Source: Chrysochromulina tobinii (lineage: Eukaryota). From it: a stretch of 44,790 nucleotides of DNA. Below, one piece after another: positions 29,389 through 39,793 of this stretch. A program made the translations under genes and the position numbers. Location: NCBI GenBank assembly GCA_001275005.1, contig JWZX01002246.1, forward strand, positions 1 to 44,790. Direction: 5' to 3'. Below the pieces are notes generated by a model. It worked only from the letters and a program-made list of their open reading frames with translations, ran no database searches and was not told the origin of the DNA. Positions within the stretch are counted from its first letter, which is position 1. Every line of letters starts with the position of its first letter.

Positions 29389-32295
29389 ATGGACCTCACG
29401 GCGCCCACCCTGGATGCGCCGCCCGTCCGCTTCTTCGGGGACGACAGTGAATGCGCCAAGTACATTCAGCGCAAGTGGAGGAGTCGCAAGCTTCGCCGGT
29501 TGCTTGCCTCCTTTCCATCAGTAGAACAGCTGCGCTCGCTTTACATGGACAAAAAGGCAGAGGCAGCGGGCGCCGCAGGCTCCAAGTGGTACACTGGCCT
29601 CGCACTCGCCGCACGCGAGCACGTGCGCATGTCCGAGGAGGTTTCGCAGTGCTGCGAGCGCGCGTGGCAGGCAGTCATGGAGTGTACTCGCATCTGGGCA
29701 GCAGCGGAGGCGCGCAAGAAGGTGGCGGCAGAAGGCCCTGCGGCTGCCGAGCTGGCGGCGCAGCAGGCCCTCGCGGAGCTCGCCAACGGGCTTACCAAGC
29801 CCGCGTACACAATTTTGATGCGCAAGCTCTACCTCATGTCGAAGTTGCGTGATGGTGAGACTGACTTCAACATGAGGGACTTCCTCAATACGACCGAGGA
29901 GGACTGGATCGACGACGCCGGGCCGGATGCGACGGTGCTCGACGAGGCTGGCTTCAAGCGCGCGTGGTTCCAGCTCATCGACCTGCATACCGAGTCGATC
30001 AGCGCGGACGACTACGTGAAGTGGGCGACGCAATGCCTCGAAGACATCACCGTTCCAGGCCCGGACGGGGTGTGCACGTGGCGAGACGATGACGACCTGA
30101 TGCGCCTCTACGGCAGCAGCAAAGGAAGGCGGCCCGGCGGCGGCCGGCGCCGCAAGCGCAGGAGTCCCAGGGACCCAGACATAAACTCAAAGCTGGCTGA
30201 CTACATGGGCGGCCAGCTCAGCAAGCGGCCGCAGACGTTGGCTTCCGTCGCAGCCTTCGCGCTAAGAGCAGAGGGTGCATTGGCCGGGGCTGGAAGTGAC
30301 AGCGCAGGCACCTTCGTGCGCGGGGGGGTGACGCGCGGTGACGACGACCGACCGAGGCGGGGAGCCGAACTCTCAAGCGGCGATCGGGGGGCCTGGAGCC
30401 CGGCGGGTCGACCCGACAGCTCCCGAAGTGTCACTGGGGAGATTGGGAAGACGCGCACCCAGTGGGCGCCCGACCCGTGGATTCCGCCCAACCGCAGCAT
30501 GACGCGCGAGGCGAACTCGAGCTCACCGAGGCCGCCGTCTCCGCCGAACTCCAACTCGCTTCGCAGCCTCGCAGATGCAATGCGCGTGTTCAAAGCACTT
30601 GGGAGCCGCCCGTCGACTGCTGAGCCTCCTTCGAGCTCGCGTCGCGAGATGACGCCCCTGGCTCCAGGCACGCCGCTGCTTGGGCTTGAGGCCGTGATTA
30701 CCAAATACGACGGCCGCCCCGCGCCGAGCCAGCCCCCCTTTGGCCTTGGCATCCACGCGCCCACCAACCTCAAGTACTTCGACAGCGAGCCCATCGGTGG
30801 AGCCTCCACAGTGGCTGCGTCGCTCTACCGTCGACACAAGCAGCAGCACATCGACAACGAGCCCGCGCAGGGTCCGTGGCCCCGTTGCGGCGCGGGCGAA
30901 AAGGCGCGGGTGCATGAGCGACCCCCCAGCCTGCGGCAGCGCGGCGGCCGGCCGCTCAGCATCAGCCTGCCTACCTCGCGACGAACGTCGCAGGAGCTGT
31001 CGGACGCCGCCGTTTACTTCCTGGGGCTAAGCACCGACGGCGAGGCTGACCTCAACTCTGCCGCGGCGCACCCATCGGCTGCTGCGTACGCCGCCGCCGC
31101 CGCCGCAAAAGCAGCAGACACCAACACATCCCGCCCCTCTTCGAGGGAGGCTTCGTGGGCGGCAGGCTGGTGGGACCTGTCGGGGGCGGCAAGTTGGTGC
31201 ACCGACGGCAGCCGGCTCTTCATGCCCGACGGCGGCACGTCATCCTCGGCGGCAGCGGTGCGGCGGCCCTCGTCAGGCGGTGCGATGCCCGCATCACAGC
31301 ACAGTGCTGGGGTGCGCTGTGGCGGCGGTGCGGGCGGCATGCGCCGCGCCACGAGCGCTACCACCTACATTCCGCACCGGCGGCAAGAGAGTCCACCAGT
31401 CGCTGCCGCTGCCGCCACCCCAGCCGATATCGCGCCGTCGCGCTCGGTAGCTCATCACACGATGCCGCCGCCCCTTGGGCACCCGCCATCGCTGTTAGCG
31501 CCGCCGGCATCCCCACGCGGGGAAGCGGTTGGACCCGAGATGGCCGCCACCGCGTTGGTCACTATGCGTCCACCGCGAGTTTATGCGGTGCTAGGCACCA
31601 CCGGTGCGCCTTCGGCGGGCGCACAGATACCGTCGGGCATGTCGCGCTCTCGACCTGCCACCTCGGGTGTATGTGTGCGCTCGAGCTCCATGGCAGGCAC
31701 GGAGGCGGCCACGGCCACGGCGGCCGCCAGCATTGTCGCGATCCCTGGCGCGATGCCTAAAGGCGAAGCAGGCGCCTGCAACCCCGCCGATGCCGACGCG
31801 GACGATGTCGTCGCGGTCGCCATGGCTGCCGCCAGGGCGGCGGCGGAGCGAGCCATCGAGCGCGCGCGCACGCCGCACGCCACGTCAGCGCCCTTGAGGG
31901 CACGCATCGGCTTCGCTCCGTCGTCGCGCCCGGGCTCGTCGCCGTTCAAAGGGGGGCGCCGCGCACTCACATCGAGCGCGAGCACCGGATCGTTTGCGAT
32001 GCCCACCGGCGGGTGGGATGCCGAGAGTGGCCACGTGCCCCACCAGCAGAACCAACTCCTGGCAGCCGCCGCTGCCATCGTCTCGCCCGCGACCCTCTCG
32101 AAAGACGTGACACTCGTGCAGCTCAAGGAGAGCGCAAGCGTGGCGGCACTGCAGCGCGTAGCCCTCGGAGGCAACGCCTTCCCATCCCGCTCGCAGCCCT
32201 CGCGCCTCTTCCAGCTGCGCCATGCGCCCGCCAGCACCCCAGTCTCATCATCCACTACTCCGCCGCCTCTTCGAGAGAACTCCCGTCTTGCTTGA
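29389..32295 (+). CDS. IQ-motif protein with EF-hand-like acidic helical domain and long S/P/A-rich tail
   Basis: IQ motif AKYIQRKWRSRKLRR; EEDWIDD..LDEAGFKRAWFQLIDLHTESISADDY segment. First ATG at 29389. Confidence 0.65.
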   Translation: MDLTAPTLDAPPVRFFGDDSECAKYIQRKWRSRKLRRLLASFPSVEQLRSLYMDKKAEAAGAAGSKWYTGLALAAREHVRMSEEVSQCCERAWQAVMECTRIWAAAEARKKVAAEGPAAAELAAQQALAELANGLTKPAYTILMRKLYLMSKLRDGETDFNMRDFLNTTEEDWIDDAGPDATVLDEAGFKRAWFQLIDLHTESISADDYVKWATQCLEDITVPGPDGVCTWRDDDDLMRLYGSSKGRRPGGGRRRKRRSPRDPDINSKLADYMGGQLSKRPQTLASVAAFALRAEGALAGAGSDSAGTFVRGGVTRGDDDRPRRGAELSSGDRGAWSPAGRPDSSRSVTGEIGKTRTQWAPDPWIPPNRSMTREANSSSPRPPSPPNSNSLRSLADAMRVFKALGSRPSTAEPPSSSRREMTPLAPGTPLLGLEAVITKYDGRPAPSQPPFGLGIHAPTNLKYFDSEPIGGASTVAASLYRRHKQQHIDNEPAQGPWPRCGAGEKARVHERPPSLRQRGGRPLSISLPTSRRTSQELSDAAVYFLGLSTDGEADLNSAAAHPSAAAYAAAAAAKAADTNTSRPSSREASWAAGWWDLSGAASWCTDGSRLFMPDGGTSSSAAAVRRPSSGGAMPASQHSAGVRCGGGAGGMRRATSATTYIPHRRQESPPVAAAAATPADIAPSRSVAHHTMPPPLGHPPSLLAPPASPRGEAVGPEMAATALVTMRPPRVYAVLGTTGAPSAGAQIPSGMSRSRPATSGVCVRSSSMAGTEAATATAAASIVAIPGAMPKGEAGACNPADADADDVVAVAMAAARAAAERAIERARTPHATSAPLRARIGFAPSSRPGSSPFKGGRRALTSSASTGSFAMPTGGWDAESGHVPHQQNQLLAAAAAIVSPATLSKDVTLVQLKESASVAALQRVALGGNAFPSRSQPSRLFQLRHAPASTPVSSSTTPPPLRENSRLA

Positions 32296-32515
32296 GAGCT
32301 TGACGCTCTTGTCTCATGATTACATTACTACTGTGGGGCGAACAAGCAGAAACAAGTTTGTACTCAGATGTTAGGATAGGATCATCTGGTTTCATCCTTT
32401 ATTCACATACGTGCGAGTGTCTGTCCGACCAAAACTCCATGAACTTAGCCAATTCGGGAGGACTTTTGGCCTCATGAAACTGCAACAAAGAACAAACTCC
32501 GGGTACTAGTAGCAC

Positions 32516-33118
32516 ATGCCGGTCTCTTCAGGCCGTACGCCGTACCGACCCAAGCGCTGGACGCCGGCAGATGGTTTGTGGGACAAGCAGGAAACGGGCC
32601 TACAGACAGCGGACGGCCACTTGCGGTTGGGGACCAACCGAGAAATTTTGTCGTGGCCGGGCATTGAGCCCACGGTGCGCACGGAGGCCGACGAGGCTGC
32701 AGCACAGGCACGACTCAAGAAGGATCGTGACGACGTGGCAGCGACCATCCGAGAGAATCAGGAGAAGAAAGCGGCTCGTGCAAAGGATCGGCGTGCAAAG
32801 CTGGACGCTGAATTTGCGGCGCGGCAACAGGAGCATGTGTCGACCATGGAACAGGCGCGCCAGCGAGACAAGGAGGAAAACCGCAAGGCGATGGAAATGC
32901 AGGCGCGGCTACGAGAAATCTCCGAGATTGAGCATGCGAACACGGCTAGCCTGTACTCACGCAACACTTTCTCAGGTAGGCCTGGGTCGCCTGGATCACC
33001 CGGATCGCGATCGAGTTCTCCGTCGGGCTCTCCAGGGAGAAAGCCTCGAGGCATTTCGTCGTATACCGTCAGGCCGGGCTCTCCGTCGAGGCATTTTGGA
33101 ATGACTAGGCCCTACTAG
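32516..33118 (+). CDS. Hypothetical charged coiled-coil protein with SP-rich tail
   Basis: 200-aa ATG ORF with an E/K/R-rich helix and PGSPGSPGS tail, flanked by AT-richer intergenic DNA. Confidence 0.65.
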   Translation: MPVSSGRTPYRPKRWTPADGLWDKQETGLQTADGHLRLGTNREILSWPGIEPTVRTEADEAAAQARLKKDRDDVAATIRENQEKKAARAKDRRAKLDAEFAARQQEHVSTMEQARQRDKEENRKAMEMQARLREISEIEHANTASLYSRNTFSGRPGSPGSPGSRSSSPSGSPGRKPRGISSYTVRPGSPSRHFGMTRPY

Positions 33119-33544
33119 ACCGTGCGGCGATACCGCGAACACCGCAAAGCGCGTACCGACACGCTAAGGCGCGGCGTCTCTCGAGGACAGTCATGGCCCA
33201 CATGCTCCCGAGATCGTACGTATTTATTTTGGAAATTGGCGCGGCGAGAGTGGGGTTCGTGATTCGAATTCGTTCGTCTCTGAGCGGTAAGCATACCATC
33301 CAAGCATGCAGTGGACCGCACGGCCGTACGATCGCAATGATCACTATATGATCACAATTTAAACATCTTGCAAGGTCCAAGGTCGAAGGTGTCGGCCGCT
33401 GCGAAACACAGCTTAGACGCTTTAACCTAGGGTAATTAGAGGGTCTTCATAAGCGCGTAGAAAGATCTCAATGTTCCGGCCCCCTGGCCGGCTAGTCGCG
33501 GTTCCCGCGGAAGTCCGAATGCGCGGAGGACCGCCCTGCCGCGT

Positions 33545-34453
33545 TTACTTAGTTGACGCTGCAGGCGAGAGCTCACGCGCCACCGACGCGGGCGCTACGG
33601 CTAGTGTGCACTTGCCGCCGTTGCATGCTGCTAGGCGGCTCGTGAGAGCCTTTGCAATGGTCGCCGCCGCAACTGCTAAAGCTTGTCTCCGCTCGGCACT
33701 CTCGTTGGCCTGCGCGGCCTTCAGCTCCCACGCCCGCCTCATGGGCAAGGCCATCAGCTTCCAGCGACGACGGATGTCCGCCGCGCTATGTCGCAGCGCC
33801 TGCTGCTGAGCTTCCCGGAAAACTGCTGCGCGCGAGCCACCGTAATCGAGGCCGAGCGAAGCAGCCACATCACTCGCGGCGCGATCACTTCGAGAAAGAG
33901 CCGCCTCTCTTTCGGCGCGCGCAAGCAGCGTTGAGATCTTCTGCTCCTCCGCTTCGAGAAAGAGCCCTTCTGCGCTCACCAGCGTCGGCTGCATCCAAGC
34001 CGCACCTTCGAGTGCGCGACCGTGGCGGCAAAGCGTAAGCAAGCTCTCCATGCCACCCTGAATAGCAGCAAGCTGGGCTTCACGATCAATAAAGAAACCG
34101 CCCTGAAGGTGAACCTCTGCCGCCTGCAACGCACCCCACGCGTGGCCCAATGCCCAGCTGTCGGCAAGCACGCACGGTCGGGCGTCGGCGAATAGAGCTG
34201 CGACCTGGCGCAGCCGTGAGGCGAGACGAGCAGCCTCGAGGATCGGAGCTGTGCTGCACATACGGTGTGTTGCCTTACAGACGAGCGGAAGTGTGAGCAT
34301 GTGGTAGTCGTCCAGAGCGAGTGAGACAAAGATCGCCTTCATGCAGTCGTCAGGTAAGTCCATCAGCGAAAACGCGTCCGGACCAGTTGCAGGCGGACCC
34401 AGGGCGGCGCCAACTGACATCCTGAAATTGCGGAATTGCGGCGACTTCTGCAT
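33545..34453 (-). CDS. F-box protein
   Basis: FSLMDLPDDCMKAIFVSL..LPLVCKA F-box consensus. First ATG at 34453. Confidence 0.7.
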   Translation of the reverse strand: MQKSPQFRNFRMSVGAALGPPATGPDAFSLMDLPDDCMKAIFVSLALDDYHMLTLPLVCKATHRMCSTAPILEAARLASRLRQVAALFADARPCVLADSWALGHAWGALQAAEVHLQGGFFIDREAQLAAIQGGMESLLTLCRHGRALEGAAWMQPTLVSAEGLFLEAEEQKISTLLARAEREAALSRSDRAASDVAASLGLDYGGSRAAVFREAQQQALRHSAADIRRRWKLMALPMRRAWELKAAQANESAERRQALAVAAATIAKALTSRLAACNGGKCTLAVAPASVARELSPAASTK

Positions 34454-34604
34454 TATCTCTTCCAAATCGAGACGGGGATGCGGCACGTGTGTCGTTGGCA
34501 GATTTCAGTTTAGAGCATCGTGCATCCTGACCAGGTAAATGCAAAACTTGACTTGACTTTCTTCGCAGCGCCCCCGTCCGCGACCAAACGGCGCGACTGC
34601 CGAC

Positions 34605-35750
34605 ATGGAGGGAGATTTTGAGCCCGCGGACGGACCGGTGCCTGCCGCTGCGCCGAGCGCAGACTCCTCCATTGGCCCAGGTGATCTCTTTGCTCGCATC
34701 GCTGCCACTCTTCCACCTCCATCCGAGGTATCGGGTGCCGCAGACTTTGAGTTGCTCTTCGTGGGCTCCAAGAGTGCGGGCAAGAGCACGCTCGTGAACG
34801 CCTTCCTTCAGAAGGATGAGGTTCCCAAGCCGAGCACGCCGCTCGAGTTCCGGTATGCGCGGAAGACGGGCGCCACCGGTCAGAACATCGTCGCCAATCT
34901 CTGGGAGCTCGCCGGTGCCGCGGAGCTCACGTCATTGCTCAAGGTGGTGCTGCGCCCTGAGCGCCTCTCAAGCAGCGCGGTTGCGATCACGCTCGACCTG
35001 TCGGAGCCCGAGAACGCGCTCGCCACGCTGCTGCAATGGCTCGGGGACCTGCGCCGCCATGTGGACGCGATGGTTGCAGAGCTCAAGCAGCAAGGCGACA
35101 AGGGCGCCGCTGTGCTCGCCAGCGTGCGCAAGGCACGAGACCAGCTGTGGGCAGAGCACCCCGACGCGGCGATCGAGGCGATAGAGGCTGTGCGGCCGAT
35201 CGGCATCCCAGTAGTGGTGCTCGTGAACAAGTGGGACGCCTTCGAGGCGGCCTACGTCGAGGGCGAGTACCGCAAGCTCGTGTGCCGCAGCCTACGCTTC
35301 TTCGCGCACCAGGCGGGCGCCTCGCTGCTGTGCACGCGGCACAAGGACAAGCCGAGCACCGCCATCGTTCGCAACCTGCTCTCGCACATCGCCTTTGGCA
35401 CCGCCGCGATCAAGACGGTGCAGCTCGATCACTCAAAGGCGCTCGTCGTTCCCGCCTCTGCCGACACCTTTGCGGGCATTGGTAAGCCGCCGACTGTCGA
35501 GGGCGTGTTTGCCGACAGCGCGGCCGACAAGTTCAAGGCCGCGTGGGAGGCCACCTTCCCGCCCAAAGAGACGAAGCGCGAGGCACAGGACCTCACGATG
35601 GTCGAGGCAGAGCAGTTCGCCGAGGAGACCATTGATGAGCTGCGCAAGCAGAAGCGCAGCGAGCTCATGCGTCAGCGCAAGGAGGCCGAGTTCGAAGCTA
35701 AGATGACCGACGCATATCAGGCTGCCGAGAGCCTCTACTCGGCGCACTAA
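34605..35750 (+). CDS. DYNC2LI1: Cytoplasmic dynein-2 (IFT dynein) light intermediate chain
   Basis: P-loop GSKSAGKST, KPSTPLEFRYAR, ANLWELAG, LDLSEP, LRFFAH..GASL, DHSKALVVPA.D, and C-terminal E..IDELRKQK. Confidence 0.9.
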   Translation: MEGDFEPADGPVPAAAPSADSSIGPGDLFARIAATLPPPSEVSGAADFELLFVGSKSAGKSTLVNAFLQKDEVPKPSTPLEFRYARKTGATGQNIVANLWELAGAAELTSLLKVVLRPERLSSSAVAITLDLSEPENALATLLQWLGDLRRHVDAMVAELKQQGDKGAAVLASVRKARDQLWAEHPDAAIEAIEAVRPIGIPVVVLVNKWDAFEAAYVEGEYRKLVCRSLRFFAHQAGASLLCTRHKDKPSTAIVRNLLSHIAFGTAAIKTVQLDHSKALVVPASADTFAGIGKPPTVEGVFADSAADKFKAAWEATFPPKETKREAQDLTMVEAEQFAEETIDELRKQKRSELMRQRKEAEFEAKMTDAYQAAESLYSAH

Positions 35751-36473
35751 ATCATAGAGACACGGCGGCTGTGATATGACGGGTCGAGGGCCAACGTGGT
35801 CAGGGGTCTTTTTGACTTCATCCGTTCGTATCCCGCGGGTGACGGGCGTCACGGCGTGTATTGGTCGTTAACGTGGTCCCCGCAACCCGGCCGCGGGGCG
35901 CGCGCGCTCGTCGTTTGGCTTTCGACGTCGATCTCAATCCAAGACGCGTGGCCGGCCGGCGCCACGTGACCGATCGATCGTGTGCCAACCGCAACGACTG
36001 CAGTCTGCACCCGTGTACCCAGCAACCCAGGCCGTGTAGGTGTACCCCCGCAGCCCGCACCGGGGAATCGCGCAATGCGGCACGCCGGCGCGTCTTCGAG
36101 TTGCTTCTCGTTCTCCGCCGGTCCCGCGTCCTTTTTTGGCTTTTACGTTTTAGAGTGATTCTAAGGTCAGATCTACGAGATAGCAGTTCGGCGCACCCGC
36201 CTGAGCAGTAACGACGAGTTAATTTCCTCGTACACGTCAATTCGCTTGAAGCGCGCCGCAGGCGTCGCGATGAAACGTTTGAGGCGCAATGTTTGAGGCT
36301 TCTGTTGCGCAAAACAGTCACCTCGCATGCGGCGACGAACGGAACCGAGCGGCCCATCCACGCACGAGTCTAGATTGAGGTTAAGCGTTGATGACGATGT
36401 TGTGCGGCAGACGGGCAGCGAGAGCGGCACGCTTCGTGGCAGCGGCGCAAGCTTCGTACCCCCTCCGCCGGAT

Positions 36474-38027
36474 TCAGTGACTTGCCGGGTCGAGCTGCTC
36501 GCCCTCGGGACGGTCGAGGACACGGATGCGAAGCTCTTCGCACCCGAAAGAGGTGGGCGTCAGTTGGATGACCGTATTGAGGGGAACAGAGACGCCGATG
36601 CACTGCTCGCGCGGGTAACCCATAAAGTAAGCGTAGAGCACGCGCAGAATCGCTTGGTGGGCGATGATCACCACGGGCTCGCGCAACCGCTCGATCTCGT
36701 GCGCGATGGGCTCGAGCCGCGCGATCAGGTCCGTGTATGACTCGCCGCGCGGGTAGCGGTACCTGAACTTGTCCTTCGCGCGCTGTGCAGCTTCCTCAGG
36801 GAACTGCTCGATCACCTCTTCGTTCGTCAAGCCGTCGCACACGCCAGCATAAATCTCATCGAGGTTGCGGAACGACTTGAGCCGCATATTGATCCACTCC
36901 TGCCCGTTCGGACCGTCAATCTTGGGGTGCGGTATGTGCTTCGCGGTCTGCCGCGTGCGCAGCAGGGAGGACGTCCACAGCCGAGCTGGCCGTGGCGTGC
37001 CGTCCGGATGCACCATGACGTTCTCCTCCACCCACTTGCCAAGTTCGATCGCATAGTCATGTCCGTGCTTGGTCAGGTCTGAGTCGCCGCCGAGCTTGCC
37101 TAGCCGATTGTATTCCGATTGACCATGCCGCGAGAGGTAGATAGTGCGCTGCTGCACGTGCAAGTTGATCAAGAACTGGGCGATCCGCGACGGCAAGAAG
37201 CCGCGAATATTGTTCATGCTCATCTCGCGCCCGCCGTCGATGAGCTTGATCCAAATAAGGTCCTTCTCGGTCAGCGTCTCGTACACCTCCGCGTACTTCG
37301 CGATGCGCTCCTGGAAGTCGGACACTGCGGTGCTCACGTCGACGCCTCGATAGTCCTTGGTGGCTTTCGTGTCTACCTTGGAGTTCATGATGTTCTCCAG
37401 AATCCTCTTCTCGTCGTTGCAGATCGATTCGATGAAGATAATTTTGGCGCCCGTAGGTCTCAGCTGCTCGACGATCCACGCCCTGCGCTCCTGTGTGGAG
37501 TTGGTGGCATCAAAGATTGCCACACACCCGAAGTCGCCCGAGAGGAAAAGGTCATCCATGGCAGGCTCCAGCCGATGCGGCGAGACGTTGAGCATCCACC
37601 TGGTCAGGTCCGCGAGAGCGAGCTCCGAGGCCTTGCGCCGAATCCGCATCGCCTCCTCGTTGCGCACGTCAAAAAAGGTTGCATCTTGGTATGAGTCGCC
37701 TGTGGCGCCTTGTGCTTCAACGCGCCGATAATCACCTACGTTGAAGACCTTGGTCGGCACACCGTAGAAAAACTGGAGGTACTGTGCGAGCCGTCGGGAA
37801 ATGTAACTCTTGCCTCGCGCAGGCAGGCCGACCATCACGCACACAATCTTGTCCGATTTCGTAGCCCACGAGGGCTGCGGTCCGGTCCACGTCTGCGGAA
37901 ACGGATTGCTTTCTGAAGGGGCCCCGGCGACAGGCGGCGGCGGTGGCACGGGCGGTGGCGCGGCGCCGTGCTCGTGGCCGTGTAGAACAGTGCCAGGCGA
38001 TGGGTCCATGTTGGTTGGCTCCTCCAT
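36474..38027 (-). CDS. PFKFB: 6-phosphofructo-2-kinase/fructose-2,6-bisphosphatase
   Basis: MVGLPARGKS, FNVGDYRR, FDATNST.ERR, LSRHGQS, WTSSL.RT, YRYPRGESY, HQAILR. First ATG at 38027. Confidence 0.95.
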   Translation of the reverse strand: MEEPTNMDPSPGTVLHGHEHGAAPPPVPPPPPVAGAPSESNPFPQTWTGPQPSWATKSDKIVCVMVGLPARGKSYISRRLAQYLQFFYGVPTKVFNVGDYRRVEAQGATGDSYQDATFFDVRNEEAMRIRRKASELALADLTRWMLNVSPHRLEPAMDDLFLSGDFGCVAIFDATNSTQERRAWIVEQLRPTGAKIIFIESICNDEKRILENIMNSKVDTKATKDYRGVDVSTAVSDFQERIAKYAEVYETLTEKDLIWIKLIDGGREMSMNNIRGFLPSRIAQFLINLHVQQRTIYLSRHGQSEYNRLGKLGGDSDLTKHGHDYAIELGKWVEENVMVHPDGTPRPARLWTSSLLRTRQTAKHIPHPKIDGPNGQEWINMRLKSFRNLDEIYAGVCDGLTNEEVIEQFPEEAAQRAKDKFRYRYPRGESYTDLIARLEPIAHEIERLREPVVIIAHQAILRVLYAYFMGYPREQCIGVSVPLNTVIQLTPTSFGCEELRIRVLDRPEGEQLDPASH

Positions 38028-38157
38028 TGTCACGTGTGTGTTCAGAGTTGATTGCAGTCTGGTTTTTTATGCAGCCCGAGGGCAAAGCGGCAAACGCCCC
38101 GGGGTTTCAGTTTGGGAACGGAGTACTGGTGGTTTCGGACTCCGCTCACTCAGGGAC

Positions 38158-39549
38158 TCACTCGGGCATGCCCTCCCCGGTGGTGGTCTTGGCTGCCCGG
38201 CCGCCCTTGAGCAAGCTGCGCAGATCTCCTCCCGGGGCACCCTCGGGGAAGCTGGGCAGCACGCTGGGCGGCGCAGCGCGCGCCAGATCAGCCAGCGTAG
38301 GGCCGGCATGGGCCACCTCGACGTGGCGCCCTGCGGCCATGTCGGCGAGCGTGGGGCCCACAGGCATGGCGCCAGCGCTCGCCATCTCGGCAAGCGTCGG
38401 TCCCGCCGGCGCCGAGCGGATCGCGATGATCTCGGCCAGCGAGGGGGCATCTTCACGAGCAAGCTTCGGCAGATGGTGGGAGATCATTTTCTTGGCCGCG
38501 TTGGCGTTGGACGGGCCACGAGGAGCGTAGGGCGCGGAGCTGGCCTGCCGGCCGTGGCGCTTGTCGGCGATGGCGCCCTTTTTGCCGCCCGAGTCGCCGC
38601 CGTCGAGCTCGCCGTACCAGCGCGAGATGGCGCGCTTAGGCGGTTTGATGTCACTTGTACTCGCGAGCCGGAAGAGAAGCTGGAGTCCCTTTCCCGCCGC
38701 GGCCAGCTCGGTGGGCAGCGTGCGCCACGAGGTCGTGTCGACGCCCTGCGCGTTCGGGAGCAGCGGCACCGTGCGCTGCTGGAGCGCCGCAGCCGCGGCG
38801 CTGGCATCCGAGAAGACGACGTTGGCCGAAGAGTCGTTGACCCACTCCACGAATAAGGGCGGCGCGAGCCCTTCGGCCATGAAGTAGCCAAAGAGGTCCT
38901 CGGTACTCATCCGGTCGGTGCCGAAGATGTGCACCGCCTCGGGCCGTGGGACCTCGAAGGCCGACACGTCGCGCCGATTCTCCCAGAAGGCGTCGGGGCC
39001 GGCGAGCGTAGAGATCAACGCGAGCGGGTCTTTGGTTGCCTCGACACCAAACTTGGACGCGCGCGCCTGCATCTTGGCGATCTCCTCCATGGTGAGCAAC
39101 TGCGCTGGCACGACGGGCGCGACGGGCGCGACGGGCCGCGCAGCGGGCGCTTCGATGCCAAACTTGGCCGCGCGCTGCTGCCTGCGCGCCAGCTCCTCCT
39201 CCGTCAGTGGCACGGACGCGTGTGCTGGCGCCTGCAGCGTGTGCTGAATGACTGGGCGCTTGCCCGACTTTAGCTTGGGCGGCCTAGGTGGTTTGGTGGG
39301 ATCTCCCTCGCCCAACATCGCCGCCTCGTCCTCCTCCAGCATCGCTTCCTCCGCTGCCTCCGCTGCGCGCTGCCGCTCCCGGGCAGCGGCTCGCTGAGCT
39401 TCCTCTTCCGCAGCCTCGAGCGCCCTCTCCTCCGCCTCCTCCATCTGTGCCTCCTCGTCTATGCCCCCGAGGACGTCGGCGTCGGCGGACACATCGAATG
39501 TGTCGGGCACGTCGGCGAGCAAATCGGCGTCGCTCATCGTGGTCTCCAT
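38158..39549 (-). CDS. NCBP3: Nuclear cap-binding protein subunit 3-like (NCBP3/DUF2414 RRM-like domain)
   Basis: RPEAVHIFGTDRMSTEDLFGYF..VEWVNDSSANVVF; two RxxKFG motifs upstream. First ATG at 39549. Confidence 0.8.
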   Translation of the reverse strand: METTMSDADLLADVPDTFDVSADADVLGGIDEEAQMEEAEERALEAAEEEAQRAAARERQRAAEAAEEAMLEEDEAAMLGEGDPTKPPRPPKLKSGKRPVIQHTLQAPAHASVPLTEEELARRQQRAAKFGIEAPAARPVAPVAPVVPAQLLTMEEIAKMQARASKFGVEATKDPLALISTLAGPDAFWENRRDVSAFEVPRPEAVHIFGTDRMSTEDLFGYFMAEGLAPPLFVEWVNDSSANVVFSDASAAAAALQQRTVPLLPNAQGVDTTSWRTLPTELAAAGKGLQLLFRLASTSDIKPPKRAISRWYGELDGGDSGGKKGAIADKRHGRQASSAPYAPRGPSNANAAKKMISHHLPKLAREDAPSLAEIIAIRSAPAGPTLAEMASAGAMPVGPTLADMAAGRHVEVAHAGPTLADLARAAPPSVLPSFPEGAPGGDLRSLLKGGRAAKTTTGEGMPE

Positions 39550-39793
39550 TGCCAATTGGCACCGGTCAGCTCTGAGGCCTAGCTCGTGCGAAGAGGAGGC
39601 GCGCACGTGCACGTGACGCCTCTTGGGCTGAAAGAGTCCCTAGTTTCCATATCGTGAAGGGAGGTGTGAACTGGATCTTGTCCACCTAAGTGCGTCTCGC
39701 TGGTGGAAAATAGGTAGCCTAAGGCTATTAATCCTTCAAGTTCCTGCTGAAGTTTTGCCTTCGGGAGTCGAGCGTGCGAGCGCTGTACGAGCC

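Noticed and set aside
35751..36473. ORFs between DYNC2LI1 and PFKFB
   Set aside because: Arg-rich GC-driven ORFs without motifs; likely convergent 3' UTRs.
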